64,000 bases of DNA. It comes from Rhizodiscina lignyota (taxonomy: Eukaryota). The notes beneath the pieces are model-generated. The model saw only the letters and a list, made by a program, of their open reading frames with translations, did not search any database and was not told where the DNA came from. Positions within the stretch are counted from its first letter, which is position 1; each line of letters starts with the position of its first letter. This document shows, piece after piece, positions 13,602 to 26,803 of the stretch. Position numbers and translations under genes: made by a program. The DNA lies in assembly GCA_010015805.1 (NCBI GenBank), contig ML978130.1, forward strand, positions 248,001 to 312,000. The letters are read 5' to 3'.

Positions 13602-15111
13602 ATGTTTGACGTTGTAGTTGTTGGTGCTGGCCTATCCGGCCTTCAAGCTGCCTACTCTGCCCAAAAGGCAGGGTTGTCCGTTGTAATTCTCGAGGCCAGA
13701 GACCGTGTTGGAGGAAAGGTGTGGAGTGTGCCGTTGGCCTCCAAACGTGGCACTGCTGACATGGGAGCCGCATGGGTCAATGACAGGTTGCAGAAACGAG
13801 TCTGGTCCTTCATCGAGCAATTCGGCTTGCAGGTAGTTAAGCAGAGACTGGACGGCAAGGCGGTCATGCAAACGGAGGATGGTGACAGAATTGTCTACCC
13901 TTATGGAATTACCCCGGAGGTGAGTACTATCATTCTGTCAATCTCGTTGTTGCCTACTTTCAAGATACTAACGGCCCCTGAATAGTTCACTCCTGCGGAG
14001 AAGAAAAACCTTGAATTCATCCGCGACCACATTCAAGCTGCTTCATTGCGGCCGGAAAGGCCTAGTCCCGAAAATGATAACGTCACTTTGGACCAATATG
14101 TGCGTAACCTTGGTGCTTGTCCAAAGACTGTACAAATGGTCAACGTCTGGTCAAGGGTAATGCACGGCCTAGAATCAACTGAACAATCCGCGGCCTGGTT
14201 CATCGATTATTGCCGCCGCAATAGAGGGTTGTTGTCCGTGAGGGCTGACGATGAAACGGGCGGGAACCATCTTCGTATTTCCACAGGTAGGTTAATTACA
14301 CGTTCTTTGACGTTTAGAAATCTTCGCAAGAAACTAACATGGTGCAACAGGCGCACAGCAAATCCCCAACGGGCTTGCTCATTTACTTGGAAGTAGTAAT
14401 ATTCACTTGTCGTCTCCAGTCGCATCCATTGAGGACCATCGCAGCCACGTTACGATTACCACGACAACCGGTCGGACCTTTGTTGGAAAGAAGTGTATAA
14501 TCTCCTTGCCTAGCACGATGTACCGGGATTTGAATATTTCACCCCCTCTCCCAGCTCCCCTGCAGGAGGTCGCCAACTCGACGCTACTCGGACACTATAA
14601 TAAGGCCATTGTCTGCTATGACAGGCCTTGGTGGAGGGACTTGGGATACAACGGTTTCATCATGAGCTATAAGGGTCCTGTGATCGTTGGTCGTGACACG
14701 AGCGTCGATGAGAACGGCTTCTACGCCCTGACCTGCTTTGTCAACGGCCGCGAAGGCGAGAAATGGGCCAAGCTGTATCCTCATGAGCGTCGAAGAGTCG
14801 TACTCGAGCAACTAGCTGCTATGTATGATGTGGGTCTCGACTCGGAGGTCTATCGTCCGATTGAGTTCTTCGAGCAGATTTGGAAGCATGAGCCTTACAG
14901 CAAGGGCGCTCTTGCGCCAGTTACGGCCCTTGGTCACTACACCAAGTTTGACTCTGTGTACGGCAAGCCTGTTGGTAACCTGCACTTTGTCGGAACCGAG
15001 TTTTCCACAGAGTGGAAGGGTTACATGGAGGGAGCTCTTTGTTCAGGAGAGCAAGGCGCTAAGGGGGTGGTCGAGGCTCTTCGGCGGCAGAGCCCAAGAG
15101 CGGTGCTGTGA
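13602..15111 (+). CDS. Flavin-containing amine oxidase (MAO-N-like), 3 exons
   Basis: VVVVGAGLSGL, EARDRVGGK, DMGAAW and C-terminal LHFVGTE...GYMEGA. Confidence 0.93.
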
Positions 15112-15384
15112 GATTCTTAAGCCTTCAAGGCGTCGACGAATCTCGTCGAATATGCGGAAATTTTTCGAGGCGATCGTGTAATCTCGAGACAAATGATGTT
15201 AAATTAATTTCATTTCGTTAATGAGTTTCTCTCGCATTTACACGATGAGCATCTAGCTGCAACCCAACTCATAAGTATATATACACCTGACAGATTATAC
15301 AGGGTATTGAAAACAGAAATGGAAATGGAAGGCCCGAAATACCGCGTACCCGTCTATGTATGTCCCGATGTTATTGACCCTCTT

Positions 15385-17166
15385 TCAAACGCCATCCGGA
15401 AATGAAATGACCTTCCTCTCCATCAAATCCGCAAAGAAGTCCCGAATATCCACTACAACTTGATCTGGTACCTCCCATGCGGGCAGTCGTGTGGCAGTAT
15501 CGTGACGCCGCACCCATTCTAGCCTTTGATATGCAGATGCCCACATTGGTGGGCTCGATGGGACGCTCATGAGTTCCTGAGTCGCTGTTGATGGTCTCGG
15601 CGGGTCTGGGTTTGAATCTCTCTTGTACGCGAAAAAGCTTAGCGGAAACCACGGGCGCCGCTGTAGTTGTTTTGAAGCTCCGATACTCTCTTCGGTTTGT
15701 CCACTAGGTTCCCTTTGCTGTCTGCCCAGGTTCGGTTTGGTCGAAAGCGGCGTCCTGAATGTGCTGATTCCAAGTGGTGTAGAGCTCCATTGACTCCAAA
15801 CATTGTCTGCGTTTGTCGCAGAGCCCCTCTGAGACTGATACAGCCATCTTAGGCCAGCTTCTGGTCCTGGAAGCCACTGCATCATCGTCCAGTTCAGAAC
15901 GTCCGATGGCGTCCAGGCAGGTGGCGGGGGCATCGACACGATCGATTCTGGGATCGGTTCCATAAAAGGATTTGTATTGGTTCGCCGTGCAGGCTCTCCT
16001 GATGCCGTCGGGTTCGAAGTCGGCTTCGGGGGGATGGTGAGCGCATGTGGCTGCAGTATGTCGAGCATGGAGGCTAGGAGACCGACAGGTGAGTCACACA
16101 AGGAGTATGAGCGCGTCTGTGGCCTCGAAGCAAAAGCGGCAGTAATAGTCTCGCATTTGCTTGACTCTGTGGCTGGTCCTTGAGTCTGTTGCGTCGCTTC
16201 AGACGGTGTGTAGCCGAAGCTAAGTCGACTTAAGCGCGCACTGCTGAGTCGCGCAATCTGATACTTGACCGCAGCTACGAACGAAGTCTGCAATGTAGGA
16301 GGTGGTACATTGGGCGATATCGTATGTATGGCTAGACAACTGCTTTGGTGTCGAAGAGAAAGAAGCCTGCAGGTATTGAAACCCCTGCGCTTGGTCAGTG
16401 CAACCTCCAGAAGTTAGTAAAGAATCCGTCACGTACCATTCAGAGCCATGAGCAACGTATTGATCATAGCCCAGCTGTCTCATTAATGCGTCGAAAACTG
16501 CTGCCGTTTCTTCCAACCCAAATCCATCATCAACGCTCGCATCACTGAATCCAAACCCTGGAATACTCGGAACAACGACATGGAAGCCTACGGGCACTCG
16601 TGCTCCAGGCGGCAAAGCAGCAAAGTCCGGTTCAGTCAACGCGTCTATTATCTTACAAACCTCGAGAAAGCTACCAGGCCAACCGTGACAAAATAACAAG
16701 GGAATAGCATTACGGTTCTGGCAGCGCTTGTGGACAAAGTGGATGCGGAACGACCTCGTCGTCTCTTCATCGGCATTACGATTTGGCAAAGCGATAGTCG
16801 TGCGAAATTGGGGTAAGCGATTGTTCAGCGTAGCCTCTTGGGTTCGCCAGTCGTACTGTTCTAACCTGCCAAAGATGTCAGCGCCATCAGCAGCGAAGGG
16901 TTCCTCAGAGGATATACCAAAAATCTATTAAAGGCTCCAAGATCGTCTTTGGAGTTCCATAGCGCCAGTGATCATGTTCCGGAAGGGATGGTTCTCTCGG
17001 TAGTCGAGTCAGTTGGAGTTTTCTTTTCGTCAGATCAAGATAGCGCGCGGAGACCTGGAGGCTGATCAGCACGAACACAGAAAACTGGCAGTCGAGGCAA
17101 ACCGACATGCATAGAATAAGGCTGTATAGCATCTACGACATCCCCTTCGCTACCGTTATTAGACAT
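15385..17166 (-). CDS. Microsomal-type epoxide hydrolase homolog (EHN + alpha/beta hydrolase), catalytic residues altered
   Basis: YGTP...DFW, IHFVH, PLLFCHGWPGSFLE, HVVVPSIPGFGFS and LCDSPVGLLA motifs across 4 exons. Confidence 0.88.
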
Positions 17167-17738
17167 GATTTTCGTCCTCCTTGGAGGCGCATAATGCGAA
17201 CATAGCGAGAGGGAGCAAAACGACAGTGACAAAGCGAACGGACAATGATTGGAAAAAGGGAAGCGAAAGGCCCAAATTCAAGTGAAACGGAAAGGTAGCA
17301 TTCGAGAAAGAATTAAGAGTGACTCTACTCAATATTGTCTTGCGCAGACTTGCGTCAAAAGTGGCCAGGGTGGTGTAAGTGGTGGAGCTTCTCGACCCTC
17401 TCGTTAGCGATCGCCTAGCGCATCGCCAATCAGGGCAGCCGATCAATAAAACCCCTGCCAATCTGCAAGCACCGCCACACCCCTGTGGCAAAACGTCCAT
17501 CAATTTCCCAATTCCCACATCGACCGCATCTGGGGCAGTATTTAAGAATAGCAGGATTGCGTGGTATGCAGGGACCGAGCCATGACACTGCATGCGGCTC
17601 GTGGCCACTCCGCGTCAATCCCAACCCCAAGCGTCACTGCGCAATGCCAACTTTCGCCCGTTTCACCCTGCCTTGCGGTAAGGCACAGACGGCGCGCAGA
17701 AGCGAAGACATTTCTTTGGGAAAGCGAACTGCCCAATC

Positions 17739-20621
17739 CTACACATCCCTCACCGTCATTGGCCCGTTGTTGCCACTGCCATTCTGCTGCCGTGGACCCG
17801 AGCCGTTCCCCGGGGACGCCGCACCACTCGCACTCCGGAGGCTGAGGCTACCGATACGCTGCACACTCTGCACGAGGTTACTGCCCACGGCGTCGACCGC
17901 ACCTCGTGGAGCCAGAAGCGAAGGTGTCTGCGCGGCCATTTCTTGCACCTTGAACAACCGTATGGCTGTGCCAGTCCAGACTCCCGCTGCGCTTCCCTTG
18001 GATACGAGCATTTCTGACGTGAAAATGAAACCCCACAGGAGGCTCTCATACCACCCAAGCGAGAGGGCCGACCATTCAAATAGGTGCACGCGGACCGGAG
18101 ATGGCTCAATGCCTCTAACGTCCGCTTTTCTGATCGCCGCTAGCGTTGCCGCCGTATCATTGGTCGATTCTGCAGGTGGGACCTGGGACGATAGCTCGGT
18201 GATCACCGTAAGGATGGTGTGCAATGGAAGTTCTGGAAGCCAGGTTTCGATCTACAAGTGCCCTAGTTGTCAGTCGCACGTTTCAGAAGTGTGGCTGGTG
18301 AGTGCGTACCCATTCTGCAGTTGGCGTAAAAGAACCGTTCACGCCAACGGTCGATGGCGTAAGGCTGTTCAGGCTGGTCGTGCTATTCTGTCGCGAGAAG
18401 GACGGTTGGCCTGCAGGCATCTTTCCTCTCGCCTTTTCTGACATGCCCCGCAGTTGCAACGGGACTGCATCATCTGCTAAGGACGAAATAGAAGCTGCTC
18501 TCGAGCTGTGCATGGAATGAGTTGAAGATTGGGCCCTGATTGGCGTAGACGCCTGATCTTCGTCCGAATCTTCATCATCCCCTATTGCAAACGCACCGTT
18601 GTCTTCTTCAGGCACATTGCCTAGAGAAGGGGCACGCGCAACTGCAGGGCTCCTTGTCCCGTCGATTGAGTTTTCGCGGGTGAGGCTTGCAGTTTCCGCT
18701 TCCATTTTTGCTTTTAGGCGCTCCAGTTCCTCCTGTCCACTCTCCAGCGTGAACTCACGGAGTGCTTCGAAGTGATTTTTGGATCGCAAAATCGCAAGGA
18801 TCAGGTGCGGGTTGCCTATAAGCGCATGAGCTGCTTGTCCAATCAGCGGGTCAAGACCTCTCCTACTGTCGTATCTGTGCTCAACAATTGCATTAAGCGC
18901 TTCCAACAACGACCGAAGCAAGACGTGATTCGTCTCATTGGCCAGAAGAAATTTGGGGGAAGACATGGAATTGAAAAGTTGAAGCAATTTGAGGCTCGGC
19001 GCACGCCCCAGGTTCTCCACATGAGGCGCGATGTTATTGATAATGGCAAGCAACGCGGGATATACCGCATCGAGCTTCCCTTTGCTTGTGGTGAGAAGTG
19101 TGTGTATTGACTGCGATTTGTTAACCACGACCGATGAGACCTGCATGTCAGATCGCTTACGGTAATTAAATAGTCCGCATAACTTCCGTGAAAATTGGCT
19201 ATCCTAATGCTCGCAGGTAATGTCTCCTGTCCTTCAAACGTCTTGTTCAGACTCTTTCCAAAATTCGGCTCCACACTCATCGTTTGCAAAACAAAAACAC
19301 ACATCCTGATGATTCCTTGCTTCGAAGGATCGGTTCGTTGATTCAGAGCGTAGAAGAGGATCAGAACGACAAAATCATGCGCACGCTCAGTATCGATGAT
19401 GAAGGATCGGAATCGCTTGTTGCATTGAAGAGTCTCCCAGAACAACATGATCATTTCAGGCGCCCAGGTCACAGACTTTTGTATACCCGGGAAGTATGAG
19501 CCTGTGGCTTGCAATGGCTGATTCAATATTCTGTTCATGCCATCAACAATGAACTGAAAATCTTGAGGTCGATGCAAGCGGCCAAGGAAGTAGCGGAAGT
19601 TATTTCGTGGTGGTGGGCCTCTGCCAGTCTCTGGTACCGGGTAAAGGACGAGAATGAGGAGAAGCTGTAAGCAGTAGGTAACCAAAGACTGTCGTGAATC
19701 TTTAAAAACGACATGGTCGTACGGAACTCGCCAGGCCGCTGGATTATATTTCAGAGTAGTGTTCAGGAGAGAGCAGAGAACTGAGAGGACCGTCTGCTTA
19801 TCAGGACATGTCGTGAGGTATGTGATGGCTCGGACACCATGAATGGGGAGGACATTCGAGGTCATGTACAGCGACTTGCTGCATATTACGATCAGCAACC
19901 GCAAGATTTCTGCGCGGTTGTTTTCGAATTCTTTGGTTGCGGTTATTGGGGTATTGCAACCCACGCCTGTCTGCCATATTGCCCACGTAACCTTGTTCTT
20001 TCCGGCCGCTGTCTTCGGTAGTGTGAAATCGGAGAAGAACAGCAGATCAACGAGTGTGTCTATCAACTCTTCTGCCAACGGTTTGGCCTCTTCGAACTCC
20101 GGCTCCTTCTGTGTAGGCGTTTCGTTATCTGGTGACGTTGCTCCGTCGAACAGTACCTCAGACCTCGCAATCTGCCCTTTTCTTGTCCTCTTTCTCCTAG
20201 CGCCCCAGAAGAACTTCTCCTCCCATCCTTCCAGATGCTCTTCCTCGTAAACAAACGGGAGTAGCCTTGTGAGTACGCGAATGCAATTCAGTGCATCTCT
20301 CTCTGGCGCAAGTTCAGGGTCGGGGAAGGAAGGGTGATTGCGAAGTACACAAAGGCGAGAAGCGACGGCTAAGATGAGAGTTTCGAAGTTTCCTAGAGCG
20401 TGATCTCTAGTGCGGCGAATGTCGGTGGGTGAGAACAGGGAGAAGATGTCTTCGGCGGACTCTGGGAGTTCCCAGAACTGTGAGCCATTAGAAAGGAACA
20501 TACTGTAAGCGGTATCAGGACATACTCCTGTCCAATATGGGTCATCAGCGGAGATGTTTTGCTGCTCTGAGAGTTTAAAGATGCCCTGCTTGAAGACCAG
20601 CTTGGAATCCGAGGCGCCCAT
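17739..20621 (-). CDS. HID1: HID1/Ecm30 family Golgi protein
   Basis: Myristoylation-type start MGASDSKLVFKQG; LNCIRVLTRLLP, WQTGVG, LGRLHRPQDFQF and FEWSALSLGWYESLLWG. Several short introns. Confidence 0.9.
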
Positions 20622-20996
20622 GCTGAGTGATCCGAGCTTTGAGGTCCATGGAAGTCTTTCAAACGGTGCGTAATGGGTCGAAATACACAATTATTGCTTC
20701 CAGTGACTTAATGGCGCCACATTTGGTGTGCAATCAGCGGGGTTGTTGACAGCTTGTCCCGTTGATGTTGGTTATGTCATTTGTCTAGAAACGGCTCGCT
20801 GCTATCCTTCAAGGCGAGCTGCAGTTAAATCACGGACATTTAGTCAGTCATAATCGTTGTGAACGATCCGCCACTTCTTCACCACCTTCCTTCACTCGCA
20901 GCTCTCTAAAGGTAGGTCAAAGTTCAAACCACACCTTCGTTCTTATAGTATTTCACACCGGAGAGCAGCTCGACGTACTCTGCAACGATCATCCAA

Positions 20997-23498
20997 ATGC
21001 CGCCGAAGCGAAAGGCACCTTCAGGTGCAAATGGCCCTCCGTCAAAGAGAGTAGCCTCAGGTGTCGGCACACCTGCAAGCATGACGGACAGCGATGGCGA
21101 ATACTTTGACGAGGATGAAGCAGAAGAGGATTACGAAGACAATGAAAAGGAGAAGGAGGATATGCGTCACTTGGTCAAGAAGTTCTCGGTTGGGAGCTAT
21201 AGTAAGAAGCCAAAGGGCGTCCAGGCAGACGCTGCAGCTGGCTTCTTCAACAGCGACAATGCATATCTCGAGCTGAAGCCAGATCATCCGGACCGACCGC
21301 TATGGATCGATCCCCACAAAGGTAGAATTATAATGGAGAGCTTTTCGCCATCGTTTAAGCAAGCAGAGGCATTCCTCATCAATATCGCCGAGCCACAATC
21401 AAGAGTATCACGAATCCATGAATATACTTTGACACCACATAGTTTGTTCGCTGCTGTGTCTGTCGGCCTCACAACTGGTGATATTCTCCGCGAGCTGGAC
21501 TTGCTGTCAAAAACACCGATACCCGAGTCTGTCAGAGAGTTCATCATCAACTCCACCAAGTCGTTTGGCAAAGTCCGCCTCGTCCTCAAGCACACCAAAT
21601 ATTTCCTTGAAAGCTCAGACCCTTCGGTACTACAAAGACTTCTGAAAGACGACGTCATAGGACGACTCCGAGTCAACGAGGCAGATGGCCTGGTCAAGGA
21701 GAGTGCTCCGAAGATGGGTGACTTGGCTATTCCTGGAACGAGGATGGCTGCTGGTGCCAAGCAAGCTGTTCAGCGACCGCAGCAACAGAATGCTGGCGAA
21801 AACGAGGATGAGGTTGATCCTCAGAGAGACGCAGACCGAATGGCAGCGGCATTGCTAGAAGAGGACGACGACGAGGATGAAAGAGACCAAGTCCACGCCT
21901 TCGAAATTACTGCCGAGTCTGTGCAAGATGTTTCAAAAAGATGTAGAGCAATTGACCTACCTCTCACTGAAGAGTACGATTTCAGGAACGACGACCATAA
22001 CGCTAATCTGGATATCGACCTGAAGCCAGCTGCGCAGATCAGGCCATATCAAGAACAAGCGCTGAGCAAGATGTTTGGAAATGGTAGAGCGAGGAGTGGT
22101 ATCATTGTTCTGCCGTGTGGTGCTGGCAAGACTTTGGTCGGAATTACCGCAGCTTGCACGGTTCGAAAGGGTGTCATCGTCCTGTGCACGAGTGCCATGT
22201 CGGTTGTGCAATGGCGTGCGGAATTCTTGAAATGGTCCAACGTCAATCCGAATGATATCGCAGTCTTCACTGCAGACCACAAAGATAAGTTTCCGGGAAA
22301 TACCGGCATTATCATCTCAACCTATTCCATGGTCACGCAATCGAAAGGGCGGTCGTATGATTCACAGAAAGTCATGGATTTCATCGAGAATCGAGAATGG
22401 GGTTTGATGATTCTTGATGAAGTGCACGTCGTTCCGGCAGAAATGTTCAAGAAGGTCACATACAAAGTCAAAGCTCACTCCAAGCTTGGACTCACCGCAA
22501 CACTCCTTCGAGAGGACGACAAGATCCAAGATCTCAATTTCCTCATTGGACCAAAACTCTACGAAGCAAACTGGCAAGAGCTGTCCGAACAAGGCCACAT
22601 TGCGCGAGTGCAATGCGCCGAAGTTTGGTGTCCGATGACGACGGAATTCTACACCGAATACCTGCGCGCCAACAGCACTAACAAACGCAGCTTGCTCTTC
22701 ACCATGAATCCGCGCAAGTTCCAGGCTTGTCAATTCTTGATCGACTACCATGAATCTCGTGGTGACAAGGTCATCGTCTTCTCCGACAATGTCTATGCAC
22801 TCGAGAAGTACGCTAAACGGCTTCGAAAAGCGTACATCTACGGTGGCACTCCTCAGGCTGAGCGGCTCCGCATTCTAGAGAATTTCCAGCACAACGATCA
22901 AGTCAACACCATCTTCCTCTCTAAAATTGGCGACACATCTCTTGATCTTCCTGAAGCTACTTGTCTTATTCAGATTTCATCACATTACGGATCACGGCGT
23001 CAAGAAGCACAGCGTCTCGGCCGTATTCTTCGAGCAAAGCGGCGTAACGACGAGGGCTTCAATGCGTTCTTCTATTCACTCGTCTCAAAAGACACAAACG
23101 AGATGTACTATTCCTCCAAACGACAAGCATTCCTCGTCGACCAAGGCTACGCCTTCAAGGTTATCACACATCTGCACGGCATTGAGAAACTTGGGGATCT
23201 CCATTTCACCACCAGTCACGAGCGGCTTGAGCTGCTCCAGGACGTCATGCTACAAAGTGAAGACACAGCGAACGTCGAGAGGATTGACGGCGACCTATTT
23301 AGCATGAGCGGCGCCGGAAGAAGGAAGATGGGAGCGAGGAGGACGGCTGGCTCGCTGGCGGAGTTGAGTGGTGGCCAGGGTATGGCGTACGTGGAGTACC
23401 AGAGGAGCAGGAATAAGGAGTTGAAGGGTAAGGGTACGCAGAATGCGTTTATCCGGAAGATACGGAGGGAACAGGAGCGGAAGAGAGCTCAGAAATGA
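20997..23498 (+). CDS. SSL2: TFIIH helicase subunit XPB (Ssl2/Rad25)
   Basis: Intronless 833 aa. [23 protein letters not shown] and [11 protein letters not shown] motifs. Confidence 0.98.
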   Translation: MPPKRKAPSGANGPPSKRVASGVGTPASMTDSDGEYFDEDEAEEDYEDNEKEKEDMRHLVKKFSVGSYSKKPKGVQADAAAGFFNSDNAYLELKPDHPDRPLWIDPHKGRIIMESFSPSFKQAEAFLINIAEPQSRVSRIHEYTLTPHSLFAAVSVGLTTGDILRELDLLSKTPIPESVREFIINSTKSFGKVRLVLKHTKYFLESSDPSVLQRLLKDDVIGRLRVNEADGLVKESAPKMGDLAIPGTRMAAGAKQAVQRPQQQNAGENEDEVDPQRDADRMAAALLEEDDDEDERDQVHAFEITAESVQDVSKRCRAIDLPLTEEYDFRNDDHNANLDIDLKPAAQIRPYQEQALSKMFGNGRARSGIIVLPCGAGKTLVGITAACTVRKGVIVLCTSAMSVVQWRAEFLKWSNVNPNDIAVFTADHKDKFPGNTGIIISTYSMVTQSKGRSYDSQKVMDFIENREWGLMILDEVHVVPAEMFKKVTYKVKAHSKLGLTATLLREDDKIQDLNFLIGPKLYEANWQELSEQGHIARVQCAEVWCPMTTEFYTEYLRANSTNKRSLLFTMNPRKFQACQFLIDYHESRGDKVIVFSDNVYALEKYAKRLRKAYIYGGTPQAERLRILENFQHNDQVNTIFLSKIGDTSLDLPEATCLIQISSHYGSRRQEAQRLGRILRAKRRNDEGFNAFFYSLVSKDTNEMYYSSKRQAFLVDQGYAFKVITHLHGIEKLGDLHFTTSHERLELLQDVMLQSEDTANVERIDGDLFSMSGAGRRKMGARRTAGSLAELSGGQGMAYVEYQRSRNKELKGKGTQNAFIRKIRREQERKRAQK

Positions 23499-25178
23499 GA
23501 GTGTCGACAGCTAGGACCACGGGCAAATTGGTATGAAGGCATGACTCTTAGATAGAAGGTAAAGGAGACTTGAAATACTATCGACTACGGGAATTTACCG
23601 CATCTCCTCGTCCCTGTGTCAGCTTTCTAAGATGTGCATAGGTACTCAGATGAGCATACCCACGTCTTTCCCTTTGGTGTCACATCAACTATATTATATA
23701 ATCTCTCGCTGGCCCTGGTTGGATCCACCACAGGCAATACGAGATTATGATGGAGCGTTCGTGGCAGAGCGTGTCGCCGCCGATAGGGGGTTCTCTCAAC
23801 ATTAACTATCTAAGATGTACACATCATTAGTTTTTCGTCACGGAAGTGGTTATCATTTTATGCTCAAGATAATATCCTAAACAAAAAGACCTTCCTTTCA
23901 GAACCCAAGCCCGAAATATTGCACAACAAGAGACATACTCATCAGAGTTTGCGTTTTTTGCCATCCTCTCCGCCTTTGAGAAAGCCGCGGTGGAAATTAG
24001 AAAAAGAGAGTTGCAACGTTTTAAATATAGCCTAATATCTAGGACCGAATAACGAACACTTGATGAAATTAGCCCAAGCTGCGTGATGAAATGACGCACA
24101 TTCTGTAGTATTATATTATGAGCCGAAAACCCGATCTTCCGTTGACTCTCTTTCCTTTGGAGGCTCGGTGCTCGTCCGCCAAGGTGTCGAGTCTTAAACC
24201 CGACTATCACTTGCAGTCACGCCGAGAAGTCGGCGATCAGAGAAGGAAAAACATTCAAGACGTCCAATAACATATCAACGTCTGAACTCTTGGAGAGAAG
24301 CATTCCGAGCCAACCACAGGGCCATTCCGAGCGCAAGGCTGGAGGCGGCGCGGGCGAGCCCGTAGAGTATCCCCGGTTCCTTGCAACCGCGCCCAATACG
24401 GAGTCGACATCAGGAGAGACGCACGCAATTCCAGCGGCCCATTTCAACATCTCTCGCTGCTACAAATCAGGCAGATCCGCCAGGCACGGCACCAGCGGCT
24501 CAACTCCCCTCTGACTCTCCTTCCTCTATCCCCCTTCCCTCCCGTCCTTGCGGCTGCTTTCCAACCGCTTTCAAAGCAGCGCATAATCCAGCACATGCCA
24601 AACTGAGCCACAGTGGGCATCCCGCACGGTTCCGCCAATCAGAGAAGACGCATTTCCAAGCAGTCGCCAAGAGGTCCACTGACGTACCGCTGTTTTGTCG
24701 CCGGTGCGAAGTGCGGATTCCGCTGAGCCACGCGAAACTGGCCTAAAGGGTAATTGGAGGCGCCCGCGCAGAGGTAATACTCCCCCAGCTGCATCTCCTA
24801 TAAGGCTGCCACATCTGGCACTGCACTTGTTACCCTGTTGTCTCTTCCTGTCACTCATTGAATTTTGTTGTGTTTGGTGTGAGCGTGTTTGTGTTTTGCA
24901 AACAGAGTTGCTAACTGTATTCCCGTCTTGAAGAGCATTTGCAACACCCACACTGCTAAATATAAATCTCCACTCTGGACTTCGCAGCCTGTCTTCTGCG
25001 ACTACATCAATCCTCAAGCATAATTTTATAGCAAGCGAGATTATATCCAAACTGTACGCACGATATAACGCTACTTTTCAGTACCTAACTGACCATCTTC
25101 ATCACACAGCATCGCTTCTTTTTCAACCTCCCCCACATCATCTCTCCGTTCAACATCATCACCACAGAGACGAACATC

Positions 25179-25406
25179 ATGATGCTCTCACACCATCTCC
25201 AGAACAACCTCATCGGCCAGGTGCGCCGCTATTCGTCGCAGCTCCCGAACGAGAAGAACCGACTGAAGCGCTTGATGATGACCAGCTACGTTGTCTCAGC
25301 CTTCACACTACCTTTCCTCCCGCCTTACCTCGCCAGCCGTAACGCGAAGAGAGACGGCAGCTTCAAAACGAGGCCGCCGATCAAGTGGAGCTGCCCTTGC
25401 ATCTGA
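25179..25406 (+). CDS. Small 75-aa protein, possibly mitochondrial
   Basis: ATG after a C/A-rich leader with canonical 5'UTR introns (25054-25109, probably also 24879-24933). VRRY|SS motif and one hydrophobic stretch. Confidence 0.55.
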   Translation: MMLSHHLQNNLIGQVRRYSSQLPNEKNRLKRLMMTSYVVSAFTLPFLPPYLASRNAKRDGSFKTRPPIKWSCPCI

Positions 25407-25861
25407 GACACTAGATGTGAAGGGCACACATAGAGGACGGATTAACACTATCCTCTCCAAAGCACGATTTATCCTTCGACATGAGAAATTTGGTTTCTTT
25501 TGTGGGTTTTGAGCATAGCGGAGACATGAATGGATACACCAGACATCGGACGCATGGATTCGGGGTCTCATATTTCTTCAGTGCATGGAAATTGGCGTTT
25601 GGATACCCCTCGGACCACTGTTTTTGGACACAAAGCGAAAGGCAAAGAACTTCGAAGAAGGCCTTGTAATTAATACTATACAAGGAGAGAAGTTGTTTCA
25701 AAGAGACATGGCATTTGAAATTGTCTCTAACTGACGTAATTCCATGCTTGCTGCAGAACGCTTGAAATGCGTGAACGCTCATGAGATGTGCCTATCCGAG
25801 CACATGGCCTGAACTGGAGTCCATTGGATCTTCACATCTTCCCTTAGCCAGCTTTCATCCC

Positions 25862-26803
25862 TCAGTAGAATCCTCTTCCGCCCAAACTGCTCCTGCCATT
25901 TTTGTACAACCACTTATTGGTCAACGTCACGCTCGGTCCGCCCGGCTTCCCTGCCGATCCAGCAGGCGTGGGAGTCGACGGGATCATCGAACTCGCGCCA
26001 AACACACTGCCCTCTCCCAATCCCATGCCCAGCAAACTATCGCTTCCGCTTCGTCCCAAGCCCAGTGGACTGTGACTCGATCCGTAGCTCGACCTCCTGC
26101 CGAGTCCTCCTGATTCACGGCCTCCACTACCTGTGACGGCTTTGTACAGGAACGGACTGCCCTCTCGTTCCCGCTGCGTAGGTGATCCGCTCGCAAATGG
26201 CGATGCGCGTGGACTAGGCACAAAGCCAGGGCGACTAGCAGATCCGGGTGAGCTTCCTGCCACAGCGCGGCGGCTGTTTCCACTCTGAGGTGTATTGTGC
26301 AGACTTGCGCTTGGGCTGCGAGAATAGCGCGGGGGTGTGATGTACCCATCCCTCGGCGTCGGTGGTGCAGATGAACTCGGCGTCGGGTTAAGACCGAGGA
26401 GTTTGCGTTGCGAGGGCGTGAGCGGGATGTCGCTCATCTCGTCTGGTTTGCTGTACAATGGCGCGAGGGCCAACACAATGTTCGTGAGGCATAGGAGGCG
26501 CAGACCGTTCAGGAGGTAGACTGCGTAGGATATCGACTCCGGTGGGATGGACGCCAAAGTCGATGATAGGAGAGAGGAGAGCGGCGTGAGGAAGGATGGA
26601 ACTCGGAGGAAGGTGCAGAAGAGGAGAGCGGCGTTGAAGAAGATTATGCGGAGGTTGTTTGTTGTGAACGTCGCTGCGTGCTGGCGGCGCGTTATTTCGT
26701 CGAGGCGAGGGTGTCGCCATGTGCCCGGTGTGTTGCTCGTGCTGGCCGTGAATGAGATTGGCGTTTGGGTACTGGGAGTCTTCGGCGTCGCTGTTAAAGA
26801 CAT
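25862..26803 (-). CDS. POM34: Nuclear pore membrane protein, Pom34-like (NPCC domain)
   Basis: TPGTWRHP motif, two TM segments, DIPLTPSQRKLLGL, Ser/Pro-rich tail and NKWLY. Confidence 0.82.
   Translation of the reverse strand: MSLTATPKTPSTQTPISFTASTSNTPGTWRHPRLDEITRRQHAATFTTNNLRIIFFNAALLFCTFLRVPSFLTPLSSLLSSTLASIPPESISYAVYLLNGLRLLCLTNIVLALAPLYSKPDEMSDIPLTPSQRKLLGLNPTPSSSAPPTPRDGYITPPRYSRSPSASLHNTPQSGNSRRAVAGSSPGSASRPGFVPSPRASPFASGSPTQREREGSPFLYKAVTGSGGRESGGLGRRSSYGSSHSPLGLGRSGSDSLLGMGLGEGSVFGASSMIPSTPTPAGSAGKPGGPSVTLTNKWLYKNGRSSLGGRGFY

Noticed and set aside
17485..18441. 318-aa plus-strand ORF
   Set aside because: Antisense to the HID1 3' exons; no domain features.
23827..24210. Somewhat AT-rich patch with a stop-interrupted frame and two TGATGA motifs
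   Set aside because: No recognisable transposase or terminal repeats, and no properly placed CTGA D box. Cannot call a RIP relic or snoRNA.
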